Shown here: positions 13,101-25,100 of the stretch, in pieces
Position numbering within the stretch: the first letter of the stretch is position 1
Layout: each line of letters starts with the position of its first letter
DNA from: Takakia lepidozioides
Lineage: Eukaryota; Plantae; Bryophyta
Assembly (NCBI GenBank): GCA_030704615.1
Contig: CM060731.1
Coordinates: 12,090,001-12,154,000, forward strand
Direction: 5' to 3'
Length of the DNA stretch: 64,000 nucleotides
Notes under the pieces: generated by a model
What the model was told of the DNA's origin: nothing
The model's input: only the letters and a program-made list of their open reading frames with translations
Databases searched by the model: none
Program-made: the position numbers and the translations under genes

Positions 13101-16100
13101 TGGTTTCCAAATTGCAAAACTCTTTATAGAGGGCTCGTCTCTCAGCTATCTTGAGTTTAATCTCATTAGTCCACCAATTAACTGCTCTACCGCAGACAAT
13201 TAGTTTCCTCCCAATGATCTTGTCAGCCACGGAGGAAACGAAACTCTCCCAAGAGTCCACTGCTCTTTCGACTTCATTTCTTGCGTTAACAGAGCGTGAC
13301 TGAAGTTCTTGGAGCGATTGGACAAAATGAGGGAGAGCCTCTTGCAAGGCCTGGACATACTCAGCCTTGACCTCCTCATTGTGGAATTTTTCTGTGCGCC
13401 ACTTCCGAATCGAACGTTTCACAGATCTCTTGGTGGTGGGAAAACGCCTTTTGATCTCAGTCCAAACCAGGAAGTGGTCAGAGGTACCAATATCAGTTCT
13501 GTCGATCAACACATTGGCACAATGGGGGAACAAAATTTTGTCCATTGTAGTATAGTCCACAATGGAACGTTCCCCAGTTTGGGGTTTCTCACGAGTCCAC
13601 TGCACTTGGTCACCTCTTGTCCTGTTATTCAAGGTCAAAAGCTGAAACAAGAAAGAGAGAGGGACCACAAGCAGCCTGAAAGCAGCTATTGCTCAATGGA
13701 TTGTCTAAGAGTCAACGCCTCATGCAGGTAAGCTGGCAAGCATTTCTGATCCTCGTAATGGAATACCTCCGCGAGAGATTGGGTATCCCGGAATAGACAA
13801 TTGAATCTCCCACAGATTTTGTAGTAGAAAGGGCAGTGAAAGAAAAAATATTGTTCACATTTACTTTCCCTGTTGTTCCCAGCACAACAAAAGAAATGCA
13901 ATGGTACTTTATAACGTCCGCGGAAAGCTCAAAGAGCTTACGGGAGAAAAGGGAAAAAGAAGAAAGAATAGACAATACCACGGATCTCATAGTATAGAGG
14001 GCAATAAAGAAGCAGTGTTCTTTGCACCCGGTGCACGCTGGGTACAGGCGATCCTCCCTTTGCAGGTTTTCCCATCTACCAGTCTCTATCCGTAGATTGT
14101 GGTCAATTGGGGTCAATGGCCACAATGCTACGGCAAACAACGTCTTATGAGTACATTCTATCCGTAATTGGGCCGCAAGATTCTATTGTCACGGAGCACC
14201 AAGAATGTCTCCCGATAGACATGGAGTTTTGTTGTGAGAGTGGGTAGCTTCCAAGTTCTCCTGACATGTAGTTCCATGTAAGATCTCTTCTGATGAGTTT
14301 GTTGTGATCTTGTTTGGATGTGATTCCCACCCCTTCTGTATTTTGTGGCAGTAGGGAAGCAATAGAGAGGTCATTGCGCTAAAAAAAACTGCACACCCGA
14401 GCATACCAGGAGGCTTTGAAACCTGTTGTTTTGAGCCTAATAGATGTTGTGATGGTGTGATAATGTCCGTATGGATCTTCAGGGCTCATGGGACCCTGTA
14501 GAGCAAGACGATCATGATGCTGCTCTCTCTATCACAATGTTCCTCACATCATATCAACCTCAAAGAAGTTCGTCCCTTGATTGGCTGGAGAACGGTCTTA
14601 GACATTGGTGATTCAATGAGGCGCTCTAGGAAGACAACCAAGCGCGAGGTCTTCAACTTGAAAGTTTCTAACGGTTCGATGCCTCGGATGAGGTTGACAC
14701 CAAGCAGCCAGACAGACTAGCTGACCCTAAGTGTGCTGAGCCTGAGCGTGGTGTGACATGTACTCTGAATGGTTTGCCAATCTTCAAGTTTACACAAGAT
14801 GAGCAAAATCTACACACGGGCTAATTGTCCCCCCTTGCAGAACCGTTGGCTGTCCAGGAGCAACCATAAGCTACCTAGACGGCAAACAATCCATATGCAA
14901 AGGGCTGGCTTGCAGCTGGGCACTTTCAACTTCTCGGGGCTGACTAACAATTTGAAGTGGGACAACTTCTTATGGTATCCATATCTGTGCAGGGCAAGAG
15001 ACATGGGAAACTTCGGACAAACTGGTTGGAGATGTCATTGGTTATAGGTGGTTCGGTAAGATGTGTGCTCTTTAGGCGGCCTCCGCCAAACGTGGTCAAA
15101 AAGGGGTTGGCTTCTTTGTCCGTGATTTCTTGTGTGACAATTGTGAAATTATCAACAAGGGTTTGCGGTATGAGCACAGTATCTGGCTGAAACTGAAATT
15201 GAAGGGCGGCGTGAATACGAAGGACCTCTTTGTGGGTTGTATTTACATGCCCACAGAGGGGACCCTTAGTATTCAAATAGTCATTCAATCTGGCAAGCGC
15301 AAAGGGCTGGGTCTCACTAAATTTGTCCGCTCAAAGAAACCATGCTTTGCCACGTTATTAGGCCTGCCTTGGAGTACACATCTGCAGTGTGGGTTGATAA
15401 CTCCAACCAGGCTAAGTCTCTAGAATCCATTCAAGTGGGGTTGCTCAAGCAGTGCATGTCAGCATGCTCCAAAACAGCCAACGTGGCTGTTCGTGGTGAT
15501 CCCTTCCTTAAAGCTCCGGAAGCAGGATCGCCCTATCAAACAGGCTAAGTCCTGGCGGAAGAGAGTAGAAGAGATTCTCAAGGATCTGGGAGGTGATAGC
15601 AAGCATGCAATTAGTGGGGAATGCTTTGTCTCTCTTTTGTTAGATGAGGGGGAAAACTAGAGAGGTGAAGAATGTCCTACATTAACAAATAATTTGCTGT
15701 CAGTGAGGAAAATAGTTGAAGGGGAATATAGAGTGATATTCTAAGATGAGGGTTGTATTATTTCTGACGCCTCAGGAGTTATAGTAGCATGAGCAACTCT
15801 TGACAATTGCTTATATAGATTACAATATCATGTCTCTAGTGCTCTTACCACTTGTTCATCAAAGTTGGGATCTAGACATATCATGGCAGAAACAAAGTTG
15901 TGGCATAGAAGATTAGGTCATGTGAGCATCAACAAGGTGAAAGAGATGCAACACTCAAACCATCTTGTTGAAGGATTATTATTGAAGGAGATCACTCATC
16001 TTGATCTATGCAAAGGTTGTTTGGAAGGGCAGCAACATCGAGGTCAATTTCCTAAGGATGGTGGACGAAAGGCCACAAATGTACTGGAAATTATACATTC

Positions 16101-19100
16101 TGATGTGTATGGCCCAACTTGTTTCCAGTCTGTGACATGGGAGAGGCCATCATGGATGACCTCAAGGGTTTACCCACCCTCGGCACTAGACTGAAATTTA
16201 AACTCAGGGCGGGAAGCCTACCTTTGAACAGCAAACAGATGCACAGAGGAAAGAGGGATTGCAATTGCCCGTTGTGTGGGCAACCTGAAGACAATATTCA
16301 TTTTCTGATTCATTGTCCTGGGTACTCTCACCAGAGAGACGCCTTCTTCAAATCCAAGGGATTTATAGAGGAAAACTCGGATTGATTGTCTGTTCCAAGG
16401 TAAGTCATACTACCGAAGTCAGCCCCTGGCAAAGGTAGTTACTGTCCCTTTGTGTTCCGCTTAAACTGAGCGTGGGGTCAATGGCCACAAGGCTACGGCA
16501 AACAACGTCTTATGAGTACATTCTGTTACAATGTTCTACAAAAGAGGGGATCCTTGCCTTATTCCACAAAACCAAGACAAGATAAGAAATGAAATATATT
16601 ATCTCTGGTACAAAAAGAGGGAGGCAGCCAACCTGCTGAAAAGATCTTTAGATCTCAATAGCAATCTCCAAAGCATGTCCAGTCCTTCACACCTCTCTTT
16701 TCCGTCCAAAGCCAACTGCCCACTTGATATTGTGCTTGGGATTGAATGTGACTGGTCTGATGGAAACAGTAGAAGTTCGACCAATGATGGCTGCATACAC
16801 ACAACTTTTGGATAAGGACCTATTTAAGTCTGGCACCTGAGTATGTGACAGGGTAGAACTATCCTGACATAACAACTTGCTTTCATGAAGTCAAGGACAG
16901 CAGCTGCAAATTTAGTGCAGGGTTGTAAAAGGCATGAAATCTGGTTACGCCACTACCAGCACACAAAGGATATTTGTGATGGAAGTGAGATTATGAGACT
17001 TGTACATGCAAAGTCAACCTGTAATTGTGAGCAGGTGATGCGGACACTAGTCAAACCAGAAAAGCTTCGCTGGTTCAATTGAAAGATACAAAGAGTTAAC
17101 CGCATAGCAGTGAAAGCTCAATAAGATGTACTCAGAAGACTTTGTTTGCTGTAGCCATGTGGCCACACACCCCAACGCAGAGAAACTGAATACATAGAGA
17201 AGAACAAGGCACCATGGTACCTGCCATTTCACTGCGGTAGTCATGAGGTCGATGAGGGAATCAAACAAACCATTGTTTGCCAATGAGTATTCTTCAGACA
17301 GCAACTGTGCAACCACAGCACGCAATACCTTCCTCTGCAGTGTCATATATTTGGAACCACCGAATTATTTTTAGAAGGACTAGCCACTCCAGAGTTACAA
17401 GCCCGAACACACCATGAAAAGTAACTCAGACTCCTAGGTATAGTTCCGAGCCAAAGACCCTGTGCTCACATCCACAGAGATCCACAGAAGCTTTCATGCA
17501 TCATGTCCAATTGACTCTCCCAACACCCTTCTGGATGTTATAAAATCTCATTCTTTCATTTCTTCTTTATTTCTTGCTGCCATGGGAATATGGGCCTCCC
17601 ACATGCAAAATAAGTTGTTTCTTTCAGATAGAGACTGGTAGATGGGAAAACTTGCAACAAGAAGACCGCCTAAGCCCAGCTTGCACTGGCCCCAACCGTT
17701 GCATCGAAACTGAAGATTACTTCTTCTTTTGCTGTCCTCTTTACTATGAGATCCGTCGCAAATTCCACTGTCTGTTCCGTGAGACCCAAGCTCTACGAGC
17801 TTTCCGCGGACGTTATAAAGCACCATTTCATTTCATTTCATTTCTCTCACTGAAGTCTTCCATTATGAGGATCAGAAATGCTTGGCAGCTTTTCGACATG
17901 AAGCTTTGAACCCTAGACAATCCCTTGAGCAGTAGTTGCTTTTGGGCTGCTTCTGGCTTCGCTCTTTTGTCTTTTATTCTTTCTTGTTTCTTGCTTCCCT
18001 TTTGTTCCATAAGCTCTTTGATCTTTCTGCGGACGTTATAAAGTTCCATTTCATTTCATTTCTAGGATAGGCTGCAGCATGCTGAACTAGTGAGCACTGC
18101 TTGTGTGAAAAGAGACAGGCTGGGGATTTAGATTGGAGAACAATTCTTCTTTCACTCACTTCTCTATTACGAAATCCACAGCGGCTACTTAGACATTTTA
18201 TAGAGAGACACTACCTGCCATAAGTGTTCCCTTATGAGGATCAGACATGCCTTCTGGTAGCATATCTCCACAAGGTTCTACACCGTAGAGAATCTCTCTA
18301 AGTTGAAATTTAGTCTTATGGTTGTGGCAGCAGGTTGTTGGGCCCCAATTTTCTGTCTTGTCTTCTTGTAGGCTCCCATAACATTATAAAGTTTCTGTGA
18401 GATCCATGTGAGATTCCACTGTCTGTTCGTGAAACCCAATATGTCACGGAAGTCTTCCATTATGAGGATCAGAAATGCTTGGCAGCTTTTCTGCACGAAG
18501 CTTTGACCCTTAGGCAATCCCTTGAGCAGTAGTTGCTTTTGGGCTGCTTCTGGCTCCACTCTTCATCTTTTGTTCTTTCTTGTTTCTTGCTTTCCTTTTG
18601 TCCCATAAGCTCTTTGAACTTTCTGAGGATGCTATAAAGTTATATTTCATTTCACCTGGTCCACAAATGTTAGACACGGTGACTGGCAGATCACATCTGT
18701 AGCCATATTACAGGCTATAGAAGGACTGCTAGAATAGACATTATGTTCTTCAGCACAATGTCTGGAACCAACAAACACAAATTCTTTGTAACCCAATTGG
18801 CGTCAGCTAAGGCAATTTCAGGTTCAGTCCAATATCTCCTAGAGGGTTGAAACGCCATATCCTGATCTAGGATGGTAAGTGGAACTATACCCTGACATAG
18901 TGGGAAACGGTCCATGAGCCCATCCTTGTAATGAATTACTCCTCTTCTTTCCATGGTTCTGTGGTTCTTTGTTCTACTTGTATCCCTTGGCCACTTTGGT
19001 TCCAGAGGATGTCATAAATCTCTTTCTATCTTTCTTTCACTCTCTGGCAACTGATGCGACATCCATCGCAAGGTTCCAGACATGGTAGTTAAATTTAGTC

Positions 19101-22100
19101 ACAGAGACTCTAGTGCGCATCCTGATCTAGGGAGTGTTAGTGGCCAATCTTCATAATGAGTGGTCAATAGGAAGATTCTCTCTCTCTCTTGCCAAGGCGA
19201 AGTATTCCAGCTACAACTGACAAGGTGTGAAGGTCATGAAAATAGACCTGTTCAGGAGTAGAGATGTAACTGGCAATACTAATAGGGTGAGGCCGAGCTT
19301 TTTGAGCTGAAACACACAAACTTGACAGTGCCTTTGTGCTTGCCAACTGCAAGTCCTGCGACATGGAGAACCAGCACAGCATAAGAGACATTTATTGACA
19401 TCAAAACAACCCATTGTATAATGCTTGCAGGTACCACGACTCTTTATCTCATAGTGCACCAAAGCTCGCTCCCACCCAACAGCCCCATCTGACACCGACA
19501 GCACCCTCTCTTTCTCTTGGGGTCCCCTGTGGAAAGTTATTTAGTTTCTTTCCACTGCTACGGTGCATTCTTGTGAAAATCTGGAAGGCCACAGGTCAAT
19601 CGGAAGTCCCATTTTTCCCATCCTCTCTCCTCCTCTTTCTGCTCCATCCCAACCAGCACGAGGTCTATGGCCATCACGGCTACAGAAAGAATGTACTTGT
19701 TTGCAGTAGCCTATCAAGGCTACAGAAAGAAAAGCCTAATGAGTACACCTTTCACATATTACAATATCAATCAGAGAAACTGCACTTCGATCTCCAACAC
19801 AATGGAAAGAAGTTATGCAACTGAAAAATAAAAGGTACTTACCCCATTGCGAGAGAAACTCAAATACGATGCAATTGCAGCAACAACAGGAAGAGGTCCT
19901 GCAAACTTGCGAAAAAGAGCTTGCTCTAACATCGACATTCCAGGGTAATCCTGCACAGTATATGGCCACACATTCCCAGATTTGGAGCATAAGAAAGCAA
20001 GCCTCAACTTTCAGGATAAGTATTCCATTTGAGAGTCTCTAGACTCCATCCAAAGAGCATCCAGCAAGAGCGAGCTTCCCTTACTCAAACATCTCTTTCC
20101 AAATCCCCGGTAGAAAAAGGACTACAACTGTACTTGTTACAGACGTCAGTGCTATAAAGACCATCGAATCTTCCCAAAGAAAAGCCAATATAATTTCAAA
20201 ATGGCAGTCGCAGACTCCCTCTATATCACTTATAGAAGTGGAGCAACTCAAATGTGTCACTCACTTTGGAAGCGAGTCCGGTGGTGACATCAAGGATGAC
20301 ATGGTGCAGAAGCAAGAGAACTGAATGAAGGGCACGCTGCATCCATTCAAGCTCCCTTGGCCGCACTGCCCTGTTGAAATGTAGCTCCTGAGATGAATAG
20401 CTGGTATCAGTAAGCTGGTATGCCAGCAGCAACAGGGTGGATGCTACAAATTAGTAGACATTTCACCCACCCATGACAAAGAACATGCAAACCTCATCAG
20501 CTTTACATACTTGAGTTGAGACATTGGACAACACAGTCAGCATGCTAGACCTATCAAAAGCCAAAAAACAGACCTAATTCATGATGGTTCCTAAGGAGTA
20601 GGCTGGTGCTAGGAGAAACACCATATGAATTGTGACAAGCCTGCAATCAACAATTGAAGAACCTTTTGAGTTGAAGAGTTAAGTTGGTTAAATAAAGCAC
20701 TTTGAGTGACACCAAAAGGGAGGAATCAAAGTGTGTTCTTCAGCAGACCCTTTGTTCCTCTAACGTGAAGGATGAATCCACATCTGCAATTTACTACCTG
20801 CACAAGTTGGAAATTGGCTTATCTTTCTACCTTCCAACTTGCCCCTGAACCAGACAAATTGAAACAACTGATCAACAGATGAGAGACATGATACAATTTC
20901 AAAGGGATCAACCTCTAACACTGGAGCATTGATTGAGAGAACTTGAAGGAGAACATCCTGTATCATTGAGTCAAAGAGCAAAGTCTCCAGAACCCCTCTC
21001 CTCATTTGTCCTGTAGGTGGAGTCAATGTTGTTCGAGTCATCACAGTCAGGGCCACCTGCACTGCCTGTGGATATTGATCCCATCTAGTTAAAACAAAAA
21101 ATCTTTTCATCCACTATTTTATGTCAATCTTGACCTTGCTCTTGCATACTAAGTCCATCAAGGGATCAGTGTGCCCTCCTACTCCATCTTCTCCTACATC
21201 TTCTTTAAACCCATCCCTGACTGTTTTCCTTGTCCCTGCCCTTTAAATATGTGTATAACAAAAAACCCAAAAAGAACATGCATGGTGAAAAAAGTCCCTC
21301 ATGGAGTGAGTACGGCCAAAATACCAGATGATCTGCTCAGTGTGATTGCCATTGCTTGAAAGCAAACATGAACCTAGAAATGGACTAGTGTCTATCACGA
21401 GAAGAACTCCTCTGTTCAAAGCTTCTAAATGTTGGTGTTATCGTCACCTGTGTTGTAATTTGCCACCGTTGATGGGGTTGCTGGTATTTCCAGTCACCAT
21501 GATTGACCAGCAGGTCGCGTACAATGTACATTACCAGTGATGATAGCACTTCAGACTCAACTCCCTTCTCCAACATTATTTTGGTCAAGTCCAGTGCTGC
21601 CACCAGAACAAACATCTAAGCCATCTCCCAATGTTCCTCAGATAGCTGATTTGATTGAATCTACAAAGATACATGCTTGACTCTTTTCAGGTGCACATGA
21701 AGGAGATTAAGTCTTACGGGGCTCCAAGACATGGTGTTAGGTGTCCCAACAGATTGTACTCATAAGACGTTGTTTGCCGTAGCCTTGTGGCCATTGACCC
21801 CGCGCCCAGTTTGAGCAGGAACAAAAGGGACAGAACCTACCTCTGTCAGGGGCTGACATTGGTAGTAAGACTTACCTCCATATAAAGAATTAATCCGGGT
21901 TTTCCAGATATCCTCTAGAAATCCCTTCACACAAGCATCAATCTGCTGTGTGTGATTTGCCCAAAAACTAGGCCTCAGGAGGGCCTGGGCTTTTGGCTCA
22001 GCCTCGAGACTTTCAAAGTTGGTAAACAGGGGTACAGGCACAATTCCCTTAATAGATTTGAAGAGAGCGTCTCTTTGGTGAGAGAACCCCGGACAGTGTA

Positions 22101-25100
22101 TCAGAAAATGAATACTGTCTTCAGATTGCCCACACAACGGGCAATTGCACTCTCTCTTTCCTCTCTGCAGAGGAAAGGTGTCCCAACAGAGAGCACAAGG
22201 ATAAGTTAAGAGCTTTGCCGACAGTGAAAGCCTTACTCACTAGCTGTTGCTATGTGCAATTTAATGGGCCTGTACATAGTCTTTTCAACATTATCTAGAT
22301 TTCCGTACTTTCACTGACTCTTATAGGGTGCTTTTGATATGAGATCATGTTGAATGGTATAACCCTATGAAATTTCCAAAAATAACTGGATGGACACTCC
22401 GACCTCGCCATCGGAGGATACCTTTCGCCATGTTTGATTTGGAGCCATCTATCTAGTCCTCCATACTTCTGAAGCAACAGCAGAGACCTGGACAGCTGCT
22501 TCTAATTTTGGTGCTCCATACAAACTCTACATACAAACTTCCACTATGGTTTGAAAGCATACTGCCAGTTGAGCTACGCTACTTCTTTATTTGTATGTAA
22601 GGAAGAATGATTAATAAGACTGATACATTTGGCTGGTGAAAGGATCTTCTACTTTACGGGACTTGGGACCTCTACCAACAGTGTAACTCCAGCCGTTTCC
22701 AGGTTTCCATCTAGGCATTGCATTATGTTGGCATGCATGGCATCAAGGAGCATCACACACCTAGGCTCTCCAGACAGAGCTGGAGAATAAAACAAAAAAG
22801 ACGAGTGGCTAATGTCTACAAGGAGCTGAGAATGTAATGCTTACCAGCAATAGTGAGGGGATAGTCACCACTACTTTGCTCTGTCTTCAGCAGCAGGACT
22901 TGCAAAAGGCTTCCAGCGAACAGCCCCACACCACTACAGGCGCACACTATAGCTATGTAAGAAGAAAAATTCCAGAATACATGAGAAACCTGTAAGGACG
23001 GCAGCAGGAGCAAATCCAAACAACAGGATACCCTATGTAGCTCCCATTTGAGTTGGGACTATACATGCTGCTAGAATGACGACCATATGTCTCTGAAACC
23101 GGAGAGAAAGACCATAAGACAGGGAAAGAAATGAACTGGTACTTTATAACGTCTGCGGAAAGCTCAAAGAGCTTATGGGACAAAACGGAAAAACAAGAGA
23201 GGAAACAAAAACAGAGCCAAAAAACAGCCCAAAAGCAACTACTGCTCGAGGGACTGTCTCAGGGTCAAGGCCTCGTGCAGGTAAGCTGCCAAGCATTTCT
23301 GATCCTCATAGACTTCGGTGAGAGATTGAGTTCTACGGAATAGACAGTGGAATCTCCCACGGATCTCATAATATAGAGGGCAATAAAAGAAGAAGTGTTC
23401 TTCAGTTTCAATTTCCTGGTTGTGCCCAGTGCAAGGTGGGCATAGGCGGTCCTCCTGTTGCAGGTTTTCCCATCTACCAGTCTCTATCCGTAGATTGTGG
23501 GAGCCCACCCTGAACGGCCCCAATGCCCTCAGGAGGTAAAGGCGCCGAAAGGTAATTGGGCCGCAAGACTCTATCATCATGGAGAACCAAGAATGTCTCT
23601 CGATTGAAATGGAGTTTTGTTCTGAGATCGGGTAGAAAGAAAGAAACTTAATAATGTCTGTGGGGAACTTATAGAGCATTAAGTGGCATCCAAAGACTGA
23701 GTGTTTCATGCAGAGAGAATGTACTCATAAGACGTTGTTTGCCGTAGCCTTGTGGCCATTGACCCCACACCCAGTTTGAGTGGAACTTTCATGCAGAGAG
23801 AATGGGAAAGAGAGAAGCATCATACCCAATGGAGGTACCAAAAGGTTGCAAAAGACTAGTTCTACCAAGCTCCACCACAACTTGCTGAGGAGAGCTGAGC
23901 ACGCAACCAGAACAACATTACAAGGGAACATGCATCTGCCTACAATTAAAGGTGACGAGATGCTTGAGTGACTGAAAATAAGTAACAGAAGTTTTGAAAG
24001 GGGGTTAAGACAGCACAACTAGCACCATAACATGAACGCAACACCTGAAAAGAGAAGAAAGCCTCTTGAAAAGCCTACCATAGAGTAAAGGAACCAAGAA
24101 TATGAAGGCAAGATGCAAGCATTGCATCACTCCCACAATTTTGCACCAGACCATTCAGGATGGCGCACATCATGCTCACCACATCAATTCTGCACCCATC
24201 CCGTTAGCCACATGAGTACATTCTAAACTGCTGGGCTACATAACCACTGCTGTGTCTCTCTTCCCCATCCCATCTTATGGTAGCTTCATGTACCTGGGCC
24301 ATGTGCCCTCCTGGGCCTCTGTCGCATTCGAAAGTTACTTTCTTTCTTCATGTCTGGTGGGTCACTTTCCCTTCCCCTTGCTACTATGAACTCCTCTCAG
24401 GCATCCACACGTGCAAGCAAAGCATAAGTTGTCCAGCACAGTCAACAACTTAGTTGTCTTCACTATCTGGATGTTGGTAGATGCAAGACGAATCAAGACA
24501 TGAATGGAGACAAAAGAGGATTAGCACCTCAAAGAACTGTCCATGCGACCATCAGATCGTGCAGTTACTGTAGCTACCGCTTCATTCAGATCCAACAGCA
24601 ATTGTGCTAGTACCTGGACAACGTTCCAATCTTTGGTCACTGTAAACAGCTAGCAAACTAAGGCAATTGATTTTTTCCAGGGATCTTTCCTCACTTTGTC
24701 TGTTTGAGGCCAGAAACAGCTGTGGGTATGTCCCCCACAAAAGCAGGAAATCAATGCCAAAGGGGAATATTAATCATCAGCTCCTGGGACCACCACCATC
24801 ATAAGCCAATTTTTGGCAACAGAGATAAAAGAGATAACTGTTTACTCATGAAAAGTCTCTTTCTTCAAGCATATTACACCTTCATCAAGTATTGCCCCCA
24901 AGTGCCAACTGAATGGGTGTGGGCAGATTTCTTAAAGAGTCTTGCCATACTTTATACTTATAATGAGGCCAGTTGAAGCTGTAGTCAGGGAAACATGGGT
25001 AGTGGAGAGAGGAAAGCCACTCAGAAGAAGTAAAAGAAGAAATTGAGTATGTCCACATGAGACCCCGAGGACTCATCACTACAGTAGAACACTCGGTAGA

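Larger units (their letters stand above)
10537..13862 (-). mobile_element. LINE family B copy split by the family A insertion (pieces 10537-10618 and 13644-13862)
   Basis: B tail on the left. On the right of the TSD the B 3' UTR and ORF end (HCPFYYKIC..HEALTLRQSIEQ*) resume. Confidence 0.8.

Noticed and set aside
9839-13731. Plus-strand ORFs of 60-190 aa
   Set aside because: Antisense shadows of NUP188 exons and the LINE ORF, with no motifs of their own.
22260-22760. L1-like RT C-terminal remnant (a similar hint at 25450-25930)
   Set aside because: Only faint FxW/GGL-type motifs; too degraded to support a call.
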